A DNA stretch of 64,000 nucleotides from Capsulimonadaceae bacterium (GTDB lineage Bacteria > Armatimonadota > Armatimonadia > Armatimonadales > Capsulimonadaceae). Position numbers and translations under genes: made by a program. The notes under the pieces are model-generated. The model worked only from the letters and a program-made list of their open reading frames with translations. It made no database searches and was not told the origin of the DNA. Shown piece after piece: positions 47,437 through 56,531 of the stretch. The DNA lies in the NCBI GenBank assembly GCA_965215505.1, contig OZ244065.1, positions 5,920,001 to 5,984,000 on the forward strand, written 5' to 3'. How positions within the stretch are numbered: the first letter of the stretch is position 1; every line of letters starts with the position of its first letter.

Positions 47437-50042
47437 ATGACCACATTCACCAGCTTGCCGGGGACGACGATGACCTTCTTGGGCGCACCGCCGTTCAAAG
47501 CCTCGGCCACCTTCGGGCTGGCGAGGGCCAGCGCCTGTAAGGTGTCCTGGTCGGCGTCGGCGGGGGCGGTCATCTTGTCGCGCACCTTGCCGTTGACCTG
47601 GACGACGAGGGTGATCTCGTCCTTCTTGGCGACTTCCGGGTCCGCCTGCGGCCAGGAGTGCCGGTAAAGGAAGCCGGCCCGGCCCAGTCCCTCTGTCCAC
47701 AGCTCGTCGGCGAGGTGCGGGGCGAACGGGGCGAGGGCAAGAGTCAGGTACTCGACGGCTTCATCCAGGGCCGCCGAGCGCGCACCGGCCGGCAGGACGT
47801 TGGCGACCTCGTAAGCCATGTTGACCCATTCCATCAGCCCCGCGACTGCCGTGTTGAAGCGGAAGCTTTCCAGGTCGTCGGCGACCCGCAGCAGGGTCTG
47901 ATGCGTCTTGCGTCGCAGGTCCCGGTCTTTGCCGGAAGCCTCGCCCGCCGTGGCCCGCCAGTCCGGAGTCCAGCCCTCGCCCCACGACGCGACCAGGCGG
48001 TAGACGCGGGCAAGGAACTTGGATGATCCCCGGATGCCCTCCTCGCTCCATTGCACGGTCTCTTCAAAGGGGGCGACGAACATCTCGTAGACGCGCAGGC
48101 TGTCTGCACCGAACCGCTCGGCGGCCTCATCGGGTGTGACGACGTTGCCCGCCGACTTGGACATCTTGGCCCACCGGTAAGTGATCTCGGACGGTTCAAA
48201 GCGGGCCAGGTCTTCCGGCTTGACCGCCTTCCAGTCCTCGATCTTCTCCTCGGCTTCCTCCTCGCCTTCTTCACCTGCGGACGGCTTGCGGCCCGGCGTG
48301 TAGGCCAGCATCATGCCCTGGTTCCGCAGGCGGGTGAACGGCTCATCGAAGCCCAGCATCCCGGCATCAAACAGCACCTTGTTCCAGAAGCGGGCGTACA
48401 AGAGGTGCATGACCGCATGTTCCGCGCCGCCGACATAGGTGTCCACGGGCAGCCAGTAATCCACGGCCTCGCGCGAGAAGGGGGCCGCGTCGTCGTGCGG
48501 ATCGGCGAAGCGCAGGAAGTACCACGAGGAGCAGGCGAAGCCCGCCATCGTGTCCGTCTCGCGCCGGGCCGGCTCCCCGCAGATCGGGCAGTTCGTTTCG
48601 ACGAATTCCGCGATGCTCGCCAGCGGCCCCTCGCCCGTCCCGGTCGGCTGGTAATGCTCGACGGGCGGCAGGACGACCGGCAACTGGTCATCGGGAACCG
48701 GCACCTCGCCGTGCGTCGGGCAGTGGATGATCGGGATGGGGACGCCCCAATACCGCTGCCGCGAGAGCAGCCAGTCGCGGAATCGGTAGGTGACGACCGG
48801 CTTGCCTAAGCCATCCGCTTCCAGCCATTCGGCGACTTTTCGCACCGTTTCTTTGCTGTAGGCCAGCCCGTCGAACGGCCCCGAATGGACCAGGACGCCC
48901 TTGTCCGTGGTTGCCGCTGTCATCGTGTCGCCGTCAACCTCCTGCCCCGGCTCCTGATAGACGGGAACGATGGGCAGGCCGAACTTGCGGGCGAAGTCGA
49001 AGTCGCGCTGGTCGTGGGCGGGGACGGCCATGATCGCGCCGGTGCCGTAGCCCATCAGGACGTAGTCGGCGATCCAGACGGGGACAGGCTGCCCGTTGAC
49101 CGGGTTGGTGGCATACGCGCCCGTCCAGACGCCCGTCTTCTCGCGCCCCTCCGCCTGCCGGTCCATCTCCGTCTCGCGCCCCGCCCGCGCCGCATAAGCC
49201 GCCACGGCGTCGCTCTGCTCGGGGGTAGTCAGTGCAGCGACCAGGGGATGCTCGGGGGCGATGACCATGAAGGTCGCCCCCCAGAGCGTGTCCGGGCGCG
49301 TGGTGAAGACGGTGATCGTCTCGCCGCCCGCCTTGAAATGCACCTCCGCGCCCTCGCTCCGCCCGATCCACTTGCGCTGCTGCTGCTTGATGCCCTCGGA
49401 CCAGTCCAGCTTGTCCAGGTCGTTAATCAGGCGGTCGGCGTAGGCCGTGATCTTCAGATACCACTGCGGCATGGCCTTCTTTTCGACCTGCGTCCCGCAA
49501 CGCCAGCACCGGCCGTTGACGACCTCCTCGTTGGCGAGGACCGTCTTGTCCTGCGGGCACCAGTTGACGGGCGCGTTCTGCCGGTAGGCCAGGCCGCGCT
49601 TGTAGAGCAGCAGGAAGATCCACTGCGTCCACTTGTAGTAGGCGGGGTCACTGGAATTGACCTCCCGGTCCCAGTCATAGCCCATGCCGATGAGGTTCAT
49701 CTGCCGCTTGTAAGTGGCCGCGAACTCCGCCACCATCGGGCCGGGGTTGCGCTGCCGCTTGATGGCCTCGTTCTCGGCGGGCTGTCCGAAGGCGTCCCAG
49801 CCCATCGGGTGCAGGACGTTGAAGCCCTGCATCGCCTTCAGCCGCAGGAAGGCATCGGTAGGCGCGTAGTTCTTGAAGTGCCCCACCGACAGCCCCGCGC
49901 CGGAGGGGTAGGGGAAGAACTCCAACCCGTAGTACTTGGGCTTGGTAGGGTCCATTTCGGCGTGGTACAGGTCGGCCTCGGCCCACCGGGCCTGCCACTT
50001 CGCCTCGATCTCGCGGAAGTTATATTTCTCGTCCAACGCCAT
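47433..50042 (-). CDS. leuS: Leucine--tRNA ligase
   Basis: FPYPSGAGLSVGH, GWDAFG, editing domain FTTRPDT / GTGAIMAVPAHD, and KMSKS motifs. Confidence 0.97.
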   Translation of the reverse strand: MALDEKYNFREIEAKWQARWAEADLYHAEMDPTKPKYYGLEFFPYPSGAGLSVGHFKNYAPTDAFLRLKAMQGFNVLHPMGWDAFGQPAENEAIKRQRNPGPMVAEFAATYKRQMNLIGMGYDWDREVNSSDPAYYKWTQWIFLLLYKRGLAYRQNAPVNWCPQDKTVLANEEVVNGRCWRCGTQVEKKAMPQWYLKITAYADRLINDLDKLDWSEGIKQQQRKWIGRSEGAEVHFKAGGETITVFTTRPDTLWGATFMVIAPEHPLVAALTTPEQSDAVAAYAARAGRETEMDRQAEGREKTGVWTGAYATNPVNGQPVPVWIADYVLMGYGTGAIMAVPAHDQRDFDFARKFGLPIVPVYQEPGQEVDGDTMTAATTDKGVLVHSGPFDGLAYSKETVRKVAEWLEADGLGKPVVTYRFRDWLLSRQRYWGVPIPIIHCPTHGEVPVPDDQLPVVLPPVEHYQPTGTGEGPLASIAEFVETNCPICGEPARRETDTMAGFACSSWYFLRFADPHDDAAPFSREAVDYWLPVDTYVGGAEHAVMHLLYARFWNKVLFDAGMLGFDEPFTRLRNQGMMLAYTPGRKPSAGEEGEEEAEEKIEDWKAVKPEDLARFEPSEITYRWAKMSKSAGNVVTPDEAAERFGADSLRVYEMFVAPFEETVQWSEEGIRGSSKFLARVYRLVASWGEGWTPDWRATAGEASGKDRDLRRKTHQTLLRVADDLESFRFNTAVAGLMEWVNMAYEVANVLPAGARSAALDEAVEYLTLALAPFAPHLADELWTEGLGRAGFLYRHSWPQADPEVAKKDEITLVVQVNGKVRDKMTAPADADQDTLQALALASPKVAEALNGGAPKKVIVVPGKLVNVVI

Positions 50043-50161
50043 TGTGTGTTCGTGCTCGGTTCCTGAGTTGTTGGCTTTAGTATACTAGTGGGAGAGGGGG
50101 ATAGTCAAGGGTACGCATTTGGATGGTGCATTAATACTATATAAATAAATCTGAATTAGTA

Positions 50162-50190
50162 TTGACAAATAATTAAGCATCTAGTATAAT
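50162..50190 (+). promoter_or_regulatory. Consensus sigma70 promoter with overlapping inverted repeat
   Basis: TTGACA-N17-TATAAT; AATACTA (50133) / TAGTATT (50157) inverted repeat overlaps the -35. Confidence 0.85.
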
Positions 50191-50235
50191 TAAAATACCA
50201 AACGTCAGGAGAACACTATAAACAACTATCTGGTC

Positions 50236-50712
50236 GTGCGACGCGAATATGATGACAATGACAATGTTGCTGAAACACATCCTGAGATGCGCGTGACGGA
50301 CGTTCCCGTGGGAACAACTCTGAAACAAATCAAGGAGGTGTTGACGCAATCAGGACATACTTACCAGTGGGGCCTGTACACGGTGCTTCCAGAAGAAGAG
50401 TGGTATCCCTTAAAGGATATGATAGACCCTCGCGAATACGGAGAACGAGCGGAGCGTCTTCTGTTTTATGAGATAGGCATGGATGTCATCAGCTATGAGG
50501 AGCTACTAGACAAACTCAACGATGAAAAGCGGGTCACCCTGCGCCTTCCTGTCGGCCTTCACTTCGCTCTCTCTCGCGCCTCAGGAGACATGACACTGAA
50601 CGCCTACTGCACCAAAACCCTGGCTGATGCAGTAGGGTACGGTGACCTACCAGAATTTGAAGCCCAGCGCCGGAAACCCGGTCGCCCCAAGAAGGTCCAG
50701 GACGGCGAATAA
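50236..50712 (+). CDS. Putative DNA-binding antitoxin-like protein (C-terminal HicB/RHH-like region plus AT-hook)
   Basis: VTLRLPVGLHFAL...MTLNAYC; RRKPGRPKK; lower GC. Confidence 0.6.
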   Translation: MRREYDDNDNVAETHPEMRVTDVPVGTTLKQIKEVLTQSGHTYQWGLYTVLPEEEWYPLKDMIDPREYGERAERLLFYEIGMDVISYEELLDKLNDEKRVTLRLPVGLHFALSRASGDMTLNAYCTKTLADAVGYGDLPEFEAQRRKPGRPKKVQDGE

Positions 50713-50723
50713 AGGAGGCGGTC

Positions 50724-51221
50724 ATGAGCGAAGAAACACGCCCGCCTCTGCTCCAACTCGGGGGCGAAGAAGCCCTCAAAGCCTACGAAAAGGAATTCGG
50801 CCAACTGTACCAAAACCGCCGTGTCTACGACATCTTGGGAAACATCGTAGTCTTTCCGCCAGGTTCTTGCTGGCATATCTGCTTCAAGCGCGATGAAGAT
50901 GACCGCTCGGCACGCCGCCCGCGTAACATTTGGTCACAGGAGCGAGCCGAACGCATACCCTGGATCATGTCTGCACTCAATGACCCGCGAACAGAAATAA
51001 GGCCGGATAGGGAGATCGAGAACCGCCTCAACTACTTGTTCATAGTGGAGGCTGATCCCGAACACAACCTGACACAAGAATTCTACTGCGTGGTCGCAGA
51101 AAGGGATATAAGAGGCATAGTGGTTCTCGTGACAGCGTTCCCCATAGACCAAAAAGGCTGGGCTAACCGCCGTCGCGCTGGCAAAGCATTGTATCCCAAC
51201 GTGAAGAAGGGCGAGGCATAA
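50724..51221 (+). CDS. Putative PBECR/RelE-like nuclease-fold protein
   Basis: AAGGAGG SD; WHI, RAERIPWI..AL..P.EI and terminal VLVTAFP pattern (family recognised from memory). Confidence 0.55.
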   Translation: MSEETRPPLLQLGGEEALKAYEKEFGQLYQNRRVYDILGNIVVFPPGSCWHICFKRDEDDRSARRPRNIWSQERAERIPWIMSALNDPRTEIRPDREIENRLNYLFIVEADPEHNLTQEFYCVVAERDIRGIVVLVTAFPIDQKGWANRRRAGKALYPNVKKGEA

Positions 51222-51242
51222 AGCCTCGCCCTTCTTCTTTTT
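51203..51242. terminator. Long hairpin over the nuclease stop codon, possibly bidirectional terminator
   Basis: GAAGAAGGGCGAGGC-ATAAA-GCCTCGCCCTTCTTC followed by Ts. Confidence 0.75.
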
Positions 51243-51378
51243 CATTTATGGCCGTAGCAACCCGCCTGGCGGCTATGATCTTTGACGGATTTCTCCGCTT
51301 TCCGGCTCGAAGGCTATTCCAGTTTCCTAGAACCCCGGCTGCCCGACTGCCCCTGATGGGGTCTCCACGGATGGGCAA
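51203..51378 (-). ncRNA. Candidate convergent structured small RNA
   Basis: Extended -10 TGCTATAAT on the minus strand (51383-51391); GAAA-tetraloop hairpins; ends at the shared hairpin. Confidence 0.45.
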
Positions 51379-51519
51379 TGTTATTATAGCACATTCTATG
51401 AACTTTCCTCATGTTCATTTTCCGAGACAGCTTCGTCCTCAGCATAGGCCGCTCGCTTGAAAGGATTTCCGCCGCCCGGCGGCGAACCTCTGGGCATCAA
51501 CCGCCGAGGAGGCTTTCTT

Positions 51520-52119
51520 ATGTCCATCTCCAATTCACTGCCGATAGTCCCGGAGGAGCCGGGCGATAAAGACCGCGCGGACCTCTGGGAGCGGCTGCGG
51601 ATGCACTACACGCACCCGAAAACGCCCGTCGTCAACGCCAATGAGGTCTACCAGCAGGGGTTAAGCCCGCTGGACAAGCTGGCGGCGGCCATCACCGACA
51701 AGGTCGGCTCGATGGGGTTCTTCCTACTCATCCTGACCTGGACCATCCTGTGGACGGGCTACAACATCCTCGCCTCGGAGGTGCCTGCCCTGCACTGGAA
51801 GTCGTTTGACCCGTTCCCGGCGTTCGTCGCGTACCTGCTGATCAGCAACGTCATCCAGATCCTGCTCATGCCCCTCATCATGGTGGGGCAGAACGTCCAG
51901 AGCCGGCACTCGGAGATCCGGGCGCAGCTTGATTTCGAGATCAACCAAAAGGCCGAGAAGGAGATCGTGGTCATCCTGAAGCATTTGGAACACAACACCG
52001 ACCTGATGATTCATTTGATGCGCCACCTCCAGTGCCAGGTCGCCGACGAAGACCTCCAGGCCATTGCGGCGGAACACGAGGCGGCGGTGAAGCTGGAGCA
52101 GAAGGAAGTGAAGGCTTAG
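51520..52119 (+). CDS. DUF1003-like membrane protein
   Basis: VGSMGFF, FDPFP and LIMVGQN motifs. Confidence 0.8.
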   Translation: MSISNSLPIVPEEPGDKDRADLWERLRMHYTHPKTPVVNANEVYQQGLSPLDKLAAAITDKVGSMGFFLLILTWTILWTGYNILASEVPALHWKSFDPFPAFVAYLLISNVIQILLMPLIMVGQNVQSRHSEIRAQLDFEINQKAEKEIVVILKHLEHNTDLMIHLMRHLQCQVADEDLQAIAAEHEAAVKLEQKEVKA

Positions 52120-52223
52120 GTCGTGAAGGCGTGATACTCCGGGAATGCTATGCCTGCCGCGTTTCCTGCGGATGCCGCCGGGGAAAAAACGGCTGGCATT
52201 CCTACCAACGGAGGACACGGCGG

Positions 52224-53102
52224 ATGGCACAGTCATTTACGGCGACGGAGGCGGGGGCGCTGGCGAAGACGGCGGAGGGGGCGAAGCGGCTCGTCCTGGT
52301 GACGGGCGCGGCGGGGCGTATCGGGTCGTACTTCGCCGAACACGCGCGGGACAAGTACGCGCTGCGGCTGATGGTGCGGGGCGACGAAGAGGGGATAGAG
52401 CCCATCAGAGCCTTCGGCGAGGTGGTGGAGGCGGAGCTGGGCGACCTGGACCGGCTGAAGGAAGTTTGCGCGGGCGTGGACACCGTCGTCCACATGGCGG
52501 GCGATCCGGGGCCGTCGTCGCTGTGGCAGAGCCTGTTGGAAACCAACATCATCGGGACGTATAACATTTTCGCAGCGGCGAAGACGGCTAATGTGCGGCG
52601 CGTCATCTATGCCTCGTCCATCCACGCGGTTTCAGGCTACCCGCCCGACGTGCAGGTGAAGACGAGCGAGCCGGTCAACCCCGGCGACATCTACGGCGTT
52701 TCCAAGTGCTTCGGGGAGGCCCTGTGCCGGTACATGGCGGAGAAGGAAGGCGTCAGCGCCATCGCCCTGCGGATCGGGGCCTTCCAGCCGTTGGAGTCGG
52801 TGCAGGACGAAAAAGGAATCGGGATGCTGGACTCCTTCGTCTCGCACCGCGATTTGGACCAGCTCATCAATCGGTGTGTTGACGTGGAGAACGTCCAGTT
52901 CGCTGTCCTGCACGGCCTGAGCGACAACCGGTTCAAGCGGCTGGACATTTCCGACGCCCGCGAATTGGTCGGCTACGCGCCCCAGGACGACTCGACGGAG
53001 GAACTGCCGCCTGTGCGCGGTCTGCACCTGCGCGAGACAGTGACCACCGACAGCGGCATCGCGGACGGGGGGGAGTCGGGGATGCGCGCCGAGGTGGGCT
53101 GA
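52224..53102 (+). CDS. NAD-dependent epimerase/dehydratase (uronate-dehydrogenase-like SDR)
   Basis: VLVTGAAGRIG, YASSIHA, YGVSK and LRIG motifs. Confidence 0.88.
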   Translation: MAQSFTATEAGALAKTAEGAKRLVLVTGAAGRIGSYFAEHARDKYALRLMVRGDEEGIEPIRAFGEVVEAELGDLDRLKEVCAGVDTVVHMAGDPGPSSLWQSLLETNIIGTYNIFAAAKTANVRRVIYASSIHAVSGYPPDVQVKTSEPVNPGDIYGVSKCFGEALCRYMAEKEGVSAIALRIGAFQPLESVQDEKGIGMLDSFVSHRDLDQLINRCVDVENVQFAVLHGLSDNRFKRLDISDARELVGYAPQDDSTEELPPVRGLHLRETVTTDSGIADGGESGMRAEVG

Positions 53103-53162
53103 GGGCCGCGTTTGCCTGCAATCGGGGGGCGGGTAAAACGGGGCATCAAGGAGAATGACACC

Positions 53163-53381
53163 GTGCAGCTAACCAAAGACACACCGGTCACCGAACCCGA
53201 GGAGACGCACCCGCAGGACCCGCATCAGACGGGCAGCGGCTCGTCCGACGCGCCCGGCGGCAAAGACGCCCCGGCCCACAGCGCCCTGGGCATGGGCCAC
53301 AGCGGGGGGGAATATCCCGCCCCGGACGCCTCTGCCGAACCGTCGAAGACAAAAGAGGAGGGTGCCAATGGGACAGGGTAG
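53163..53381 (+). CDS. Small hydrophilic hypothetical protein
   Basis: AAGGAG SD then GTG; disordered acidic composition. Confidence 0.5.
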   Translation: MQLTKDTPVTEPEETHPQDPHQTGSGSSDAPGGKDAPAHSALGMGHSGGEYPAPDASAEPSKTKEEGANGTG

Positions 53382-53577
53382 CACAGGGCAGGTCGAGACG
53401 ACCGAGGCGGCAGGCGGCATCATCCCCAACACGACCACGGACGACACGACGACGGCGGGCGATCAGCTCCCCGCCGGGGACATAGACCCGGACAGCACCC
53501 GCTCGGCGGACGAGACGGGGCAGGGGGGCGACCCGACCGCCCCGGCGAAGAACAAGGCGCACCCGTGGAACGGGTGA
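53368..53577 (+). CDS. Small acidic hydrophilic hypothetical protein
   Basis: GGAGG SD; overlaps the previous ORF; T/D/G-rich. Confidence 0.55.
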   Translation: MGQGSTGQVETTEAAGGIIPNTTTDDTTTAGDQLPAGDIDPDSTRSADETGQGGDPTAPAKNKAHPWNG

Positions 53578-53620
53578 CTTAGGCCAGCGTGGGAACCGAA
53601 AGAGGGCGAAGATTGGAGAA

Positions 53621-53688
53621 AGGGCGAGGGAACCTCGCCCCTACACATGCATCATGTGCATGGCGTAGGGGCGGGATTCCCCCGCCCT
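53621..53688. repeat. REP-like inverted doublet
   Basis: AGGGCGAGG-GAA-CCTCGCCCCTAC ... GTAGGGGCGGG-ATTC-CCCCGCCCT between convergent genes. Confidence 0.6.
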
Positions 53689-53701
53689 CTTTCCTATCGT
53701 C

Positions 53702-55042
53702 CTAGTTGGTGTTGACGCCCGCCACGATGTCGCCCTGGCTGTCTTGCATGACATACCGGCGCTGGTCGCTGCCGTCGGGGGGCGTCGGCGCGGGTTTTGT
53801 GCGGTCGAAGATCGCCGCCCCGCCGTCGTCCTTGCCGTCCGGGCCGACGCTGTAGAGGACATAGCCCGCGCCGGTGCGCTTGTAGCGCAGCGGCCCGGAC
53901 GCGGCGAACGGGTCGGCGGGGACGGACGGGAGATAAGCCGGCGTGAGCGCCGCCAGGCTGGCTGGGTATGCGCCGTGGTCCAGCCTGTAGGCGCGCAGGG
54001 CCAGCGTCACCAGCAGCAAAGCGTTCTCCGCGTCGGCCTTCGCCTCAATCAAACGCACTCCAGTAAAGGCCGGCAGCAGGAATTGGTCCACGGGGTCACT
54101 CGGCACTGTGGGGGCACTCGGGTGAGCCGCATAGGGCTTACGGGCATCGGTGATGGACTCGTCCATGTACCGGGTGTAGTTCGCCATGATGGTGCGCTTC
54201 CCCGACAAACGGCATCGCATCAGGAACGCTTGGGTCGGCAAAACATTGGAGGCATCCCCCGTGAAGGTCCCCATGTTGCCGGGCCAGCCCCGCTGCCGCA
54301 TCACTTCCAGCAGACCTGCCTGGCCCAACCATTCCTCCTCCTGGAGCGTGTCCGCATAAGGAACGTGAAGTGCCCGGATCTGCGTCAGGCGACGCGCCGC
54401 CGCCCGCGCCTGGGCGGCGTCCAGCCGGCCCGCCGACTTCCACGCCTGCCGCCGCCCGATGGCCTGGCAGGCGACCCCGACCAGCATGCCGATGAGCGGG
54501 CCGCCGCGCGGCATCGTCCCGCCCATCTGAACGGCGTCCAGGCTCGCGCCCATGGCCCCGCCCGCGTCGCCCTTCGCGGCGTCCACCTGCGCTTGCAGGG
54601 ACAAGAGCCGCGCCAGCCCACGGATCTTCTGGTAGTGCGGGAACGGGGCGCTGAACGACCGTGCCGGCACCTCCTGGTAGGAGTACTGGAAGCCGGCATG
54701 CAGGGTCTGGACGGCCCCGGCATTCTCCGCCACCAGCTTCTCCTTGTCCGCCAGTGAGTAGAAGTGCATGTCGCCGACCGGCTTGGTTGCCGGGTTCCAG
54801 GTGCCGACGGCGTTGCCGATCTTGCCGCCGTCCACGATGGCATTGGTCGCGGCGATGTAATAGTCGCGGGCGTTCGTCGCAGGCATGGCCGGTGTCGGGA
54901 CCGAAATGTCGGGGTTCCGGTCCAGGGCGCGGAACCAGAGGAATACGCCCATGGCGAGCGGCAGGACGAGGACGAGGAGGATCATCAGCAGTCTGTCGCC
55001 GGCGGACCAGGCGACTCGGGGGCGGCGGTTGCGGCTGTTCAT
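53702..55042 (-). CDS. Membrane-anchored helical protein with GspG-like C-terminal motif (paralog 1)
   Basis: N-terminal TM; YPASLAAL.P.Y...PADPF...YVLYSVGPDGKDDGG. Confidence 0.75.
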   Translation of the reverse strand: MNSRNRRPRVAWSAGDRLLMILLVLVLPLAMGVFLWFRALDRNPDISVPTPAMPATNARDYYIAATNAIVDGGKIGNAVGTWNPATKPVGDMHFYSLADKEKLVAENAGAVQTLHAGFQYSYQEVPARSFSAPFPHYQKIRGLARLLSLQAQVDAAKGDAGGAMGASLDAVQMGGTMPRGGPLIGMLVGVACQAIGRRQAWKSAGRLDAAQARAAARRLTQIRALHVPYADTLQEEEWLGQAGLLEVMRQRGWPGNMGTFTGDASNVLPTQAFLMRCRLSGKRTIMANYTRYMDESITDARKPYAAHPSAPTVPSDPVDQFLLPAFTGVRLIEAKADAENALLLVTLALRAYRLDHGAYPASLAALTPAYLPSVPADPFAASGPLRYKRTGAGYVLYSVGPDGKDDGGAAIFDRTKPAPTPPDGSDQRRYVMQDSQGDIVAGVNTN

Positions 55043-55126
55043 GTCGGTATAACGGGAAAGCGCGGCAATCGGTTCGGGGCGCGATATGAGACTTACAGAA
55101 CGGGTGACTGATGGGCCGGGGCTTTC

Positions 55127-56482
55127 CTAGTTGACGTTGACTCCCGCCACGATGTCGCCCACACTGTTCTCCTGCACCAGGCGGCGGCGATCGTACCCGT
55201 CAGCGGTGGTCGGGACGGGGAGCGCATGGTCGAAGATCGCCGCGCCGCCGTCGTCTTTGCCGTCCGGGCCGACGCTGTAGAGGACATAGCCTGCCCCCGC
55301 GCGCTTGTAGCGCAGCGGCCCGGACAGGGAGAATGGATCGGCGGGGATGGCTCTGATGTACCCCGGCGCGAGTGCGGTCAGCGTCGGCGGGTACGCGCCG
55401 TGATCCATTTTGTAGGCGCGCAGGGCCAGCGTGACCAGCAGCAAGGCGTTTTCCGTATCGGCCTTCACTTCGTCCAATCGGCCTGCGGATAAGATCGGGA
55501 CCAGGATCTGGTTGACGGGGTCAGTCGGCAGAGGCGGCGGCGCGGGATGGGTCGCGTAAGGCTGCCGGGCGTCGGCAATGCTCTGCTCCATGTAGCGGGT
55601 GAAGTTTGCCATGATCGTCCGCTTCCCCATCAGCCGGATGTGTGCCGCTATCGGCCAGCTCGACGCGGCCTGGTCCTGCTGCTGATCCGGTGCCATGGCG
55701 GTCAGCAGGTTGGCGGGCCAGTCGGGCTTACGCATCAGTTCCAGCAGGCTTCCCTGTACTTCCCATTCTTCCTCTTGCAGCGTGTCCGCGAAGGGTACAT
55801 GGCCCGCGCGGATGGTTTCCAGCCGCCGTGCCGCCGCCCGCGCCTGGGCGGCGTCCAGCCGGCCCGCCGACTTCCACGCCTGCCGCCGCCCGATGGCCTG
55901 GCAGGCGACCCCGACCAGCATGCCGATGAGCGGGCCGCCGCGCGGCATCGTCTCGCCCATCTGAACGGCGTCCAGGCTCGCGCCCATGGCCGCGCCCGCG
56001 TCGCCCTTCGCGGCGTCCACCTGCGCTTGCAGGGAGAGAAAGCGCGCCAGCGCCCGGATCTTCTGGTAGTGCGGGAAGCCGGCGCAGAAGGACCGGTACG
56101 GCGGCTCCTGATAGGGGTATTGGAAGCCAGCGTGGAGGGTCTTGATCGCCCCGACGTTTTCGGCCACGAGTTTCTCTTTATCTGCCGGCGAGTAGAAGTG
56201 ATTGTCGCCTGACGGTTTGGTCGCCGGGTTCCACCGCCCATTCGCGTATTCGATTTTGCCTTCGTCCACGATGACCTTGCTCGCGGCGATGTAATAGTCG
56301 CGGGCATTCGCCGTAGGCATGGTGGGCGTCGGGATGGCGGCGTCCGGGTTTTGGTTCAGGGCGCGGAACCACAGGAAAATACCCAGCGTCAACGGCAGGA
56401 CGAGGCCGAGGAGGAGCATCAGGAACTTGTCCCCGCGTGACCAAGGGATCTTCGGACGGGGGACTTTCGGGCTGCTGTTCAT
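55127..56482 (-). CDS. Membrane-anchored helical protein with GspG-like C-terminal motif (paralog 2)
   Basis: Collinear with 53702-55042; start MNSSPK matches MNSRNR. Confidence 0.75.
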   Translation of the reverse strand: MNSSPKVPRPKIPWSRGDKFLMLLLGLVLPLTLGIFLWFRALNQNPDAAIPTPTMPTANARDYYIAASKVIVDEGKIEYANGRWNPATKPSGDNHFYSPADKEKLVAENVGAIKTLHAGFQYPYQEPPYRSFCAGFPHYQKIRALARFLSLQAQVDAAKGDAGAAMGASLDAVQMGETMPRGGPLIGMLVGVACQAIGRRQAWKSAGRLDAAQARAAARRLETIRAGHVPFADTLQEEEWEVQGSLLELMRKPDWPANLLTAMAPDQQQDQAASSWPIAAHIRLMGKRTIMANFTRYMEQSIADARQPYATHPAPPPLPTDPVNQILVPILSAGRLDEVKADTENALLLVTLALRAYKMDHGAYPPTLTALAPGYIRAIPADPFSLSGPLRYKRAGAGYVLYSVGPDGKDDGGAAIFDHALPVPTTADGYDRRRLVQENSVGDIVAGVNVN

Positions 56483-56531
56483 GCCTGTATAACGGAGGAA
56501 CACCGCAAATCGGTTCGGGTATACTAAGGGC

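Noticed and set aside
49880-49900. LeuRS HIGH motif reading SVGH as a sign of inactivation
   Set aside because: The rest of the enzyme, including KMSKS and the editing domain, is intact. Most likely a lineage variant.
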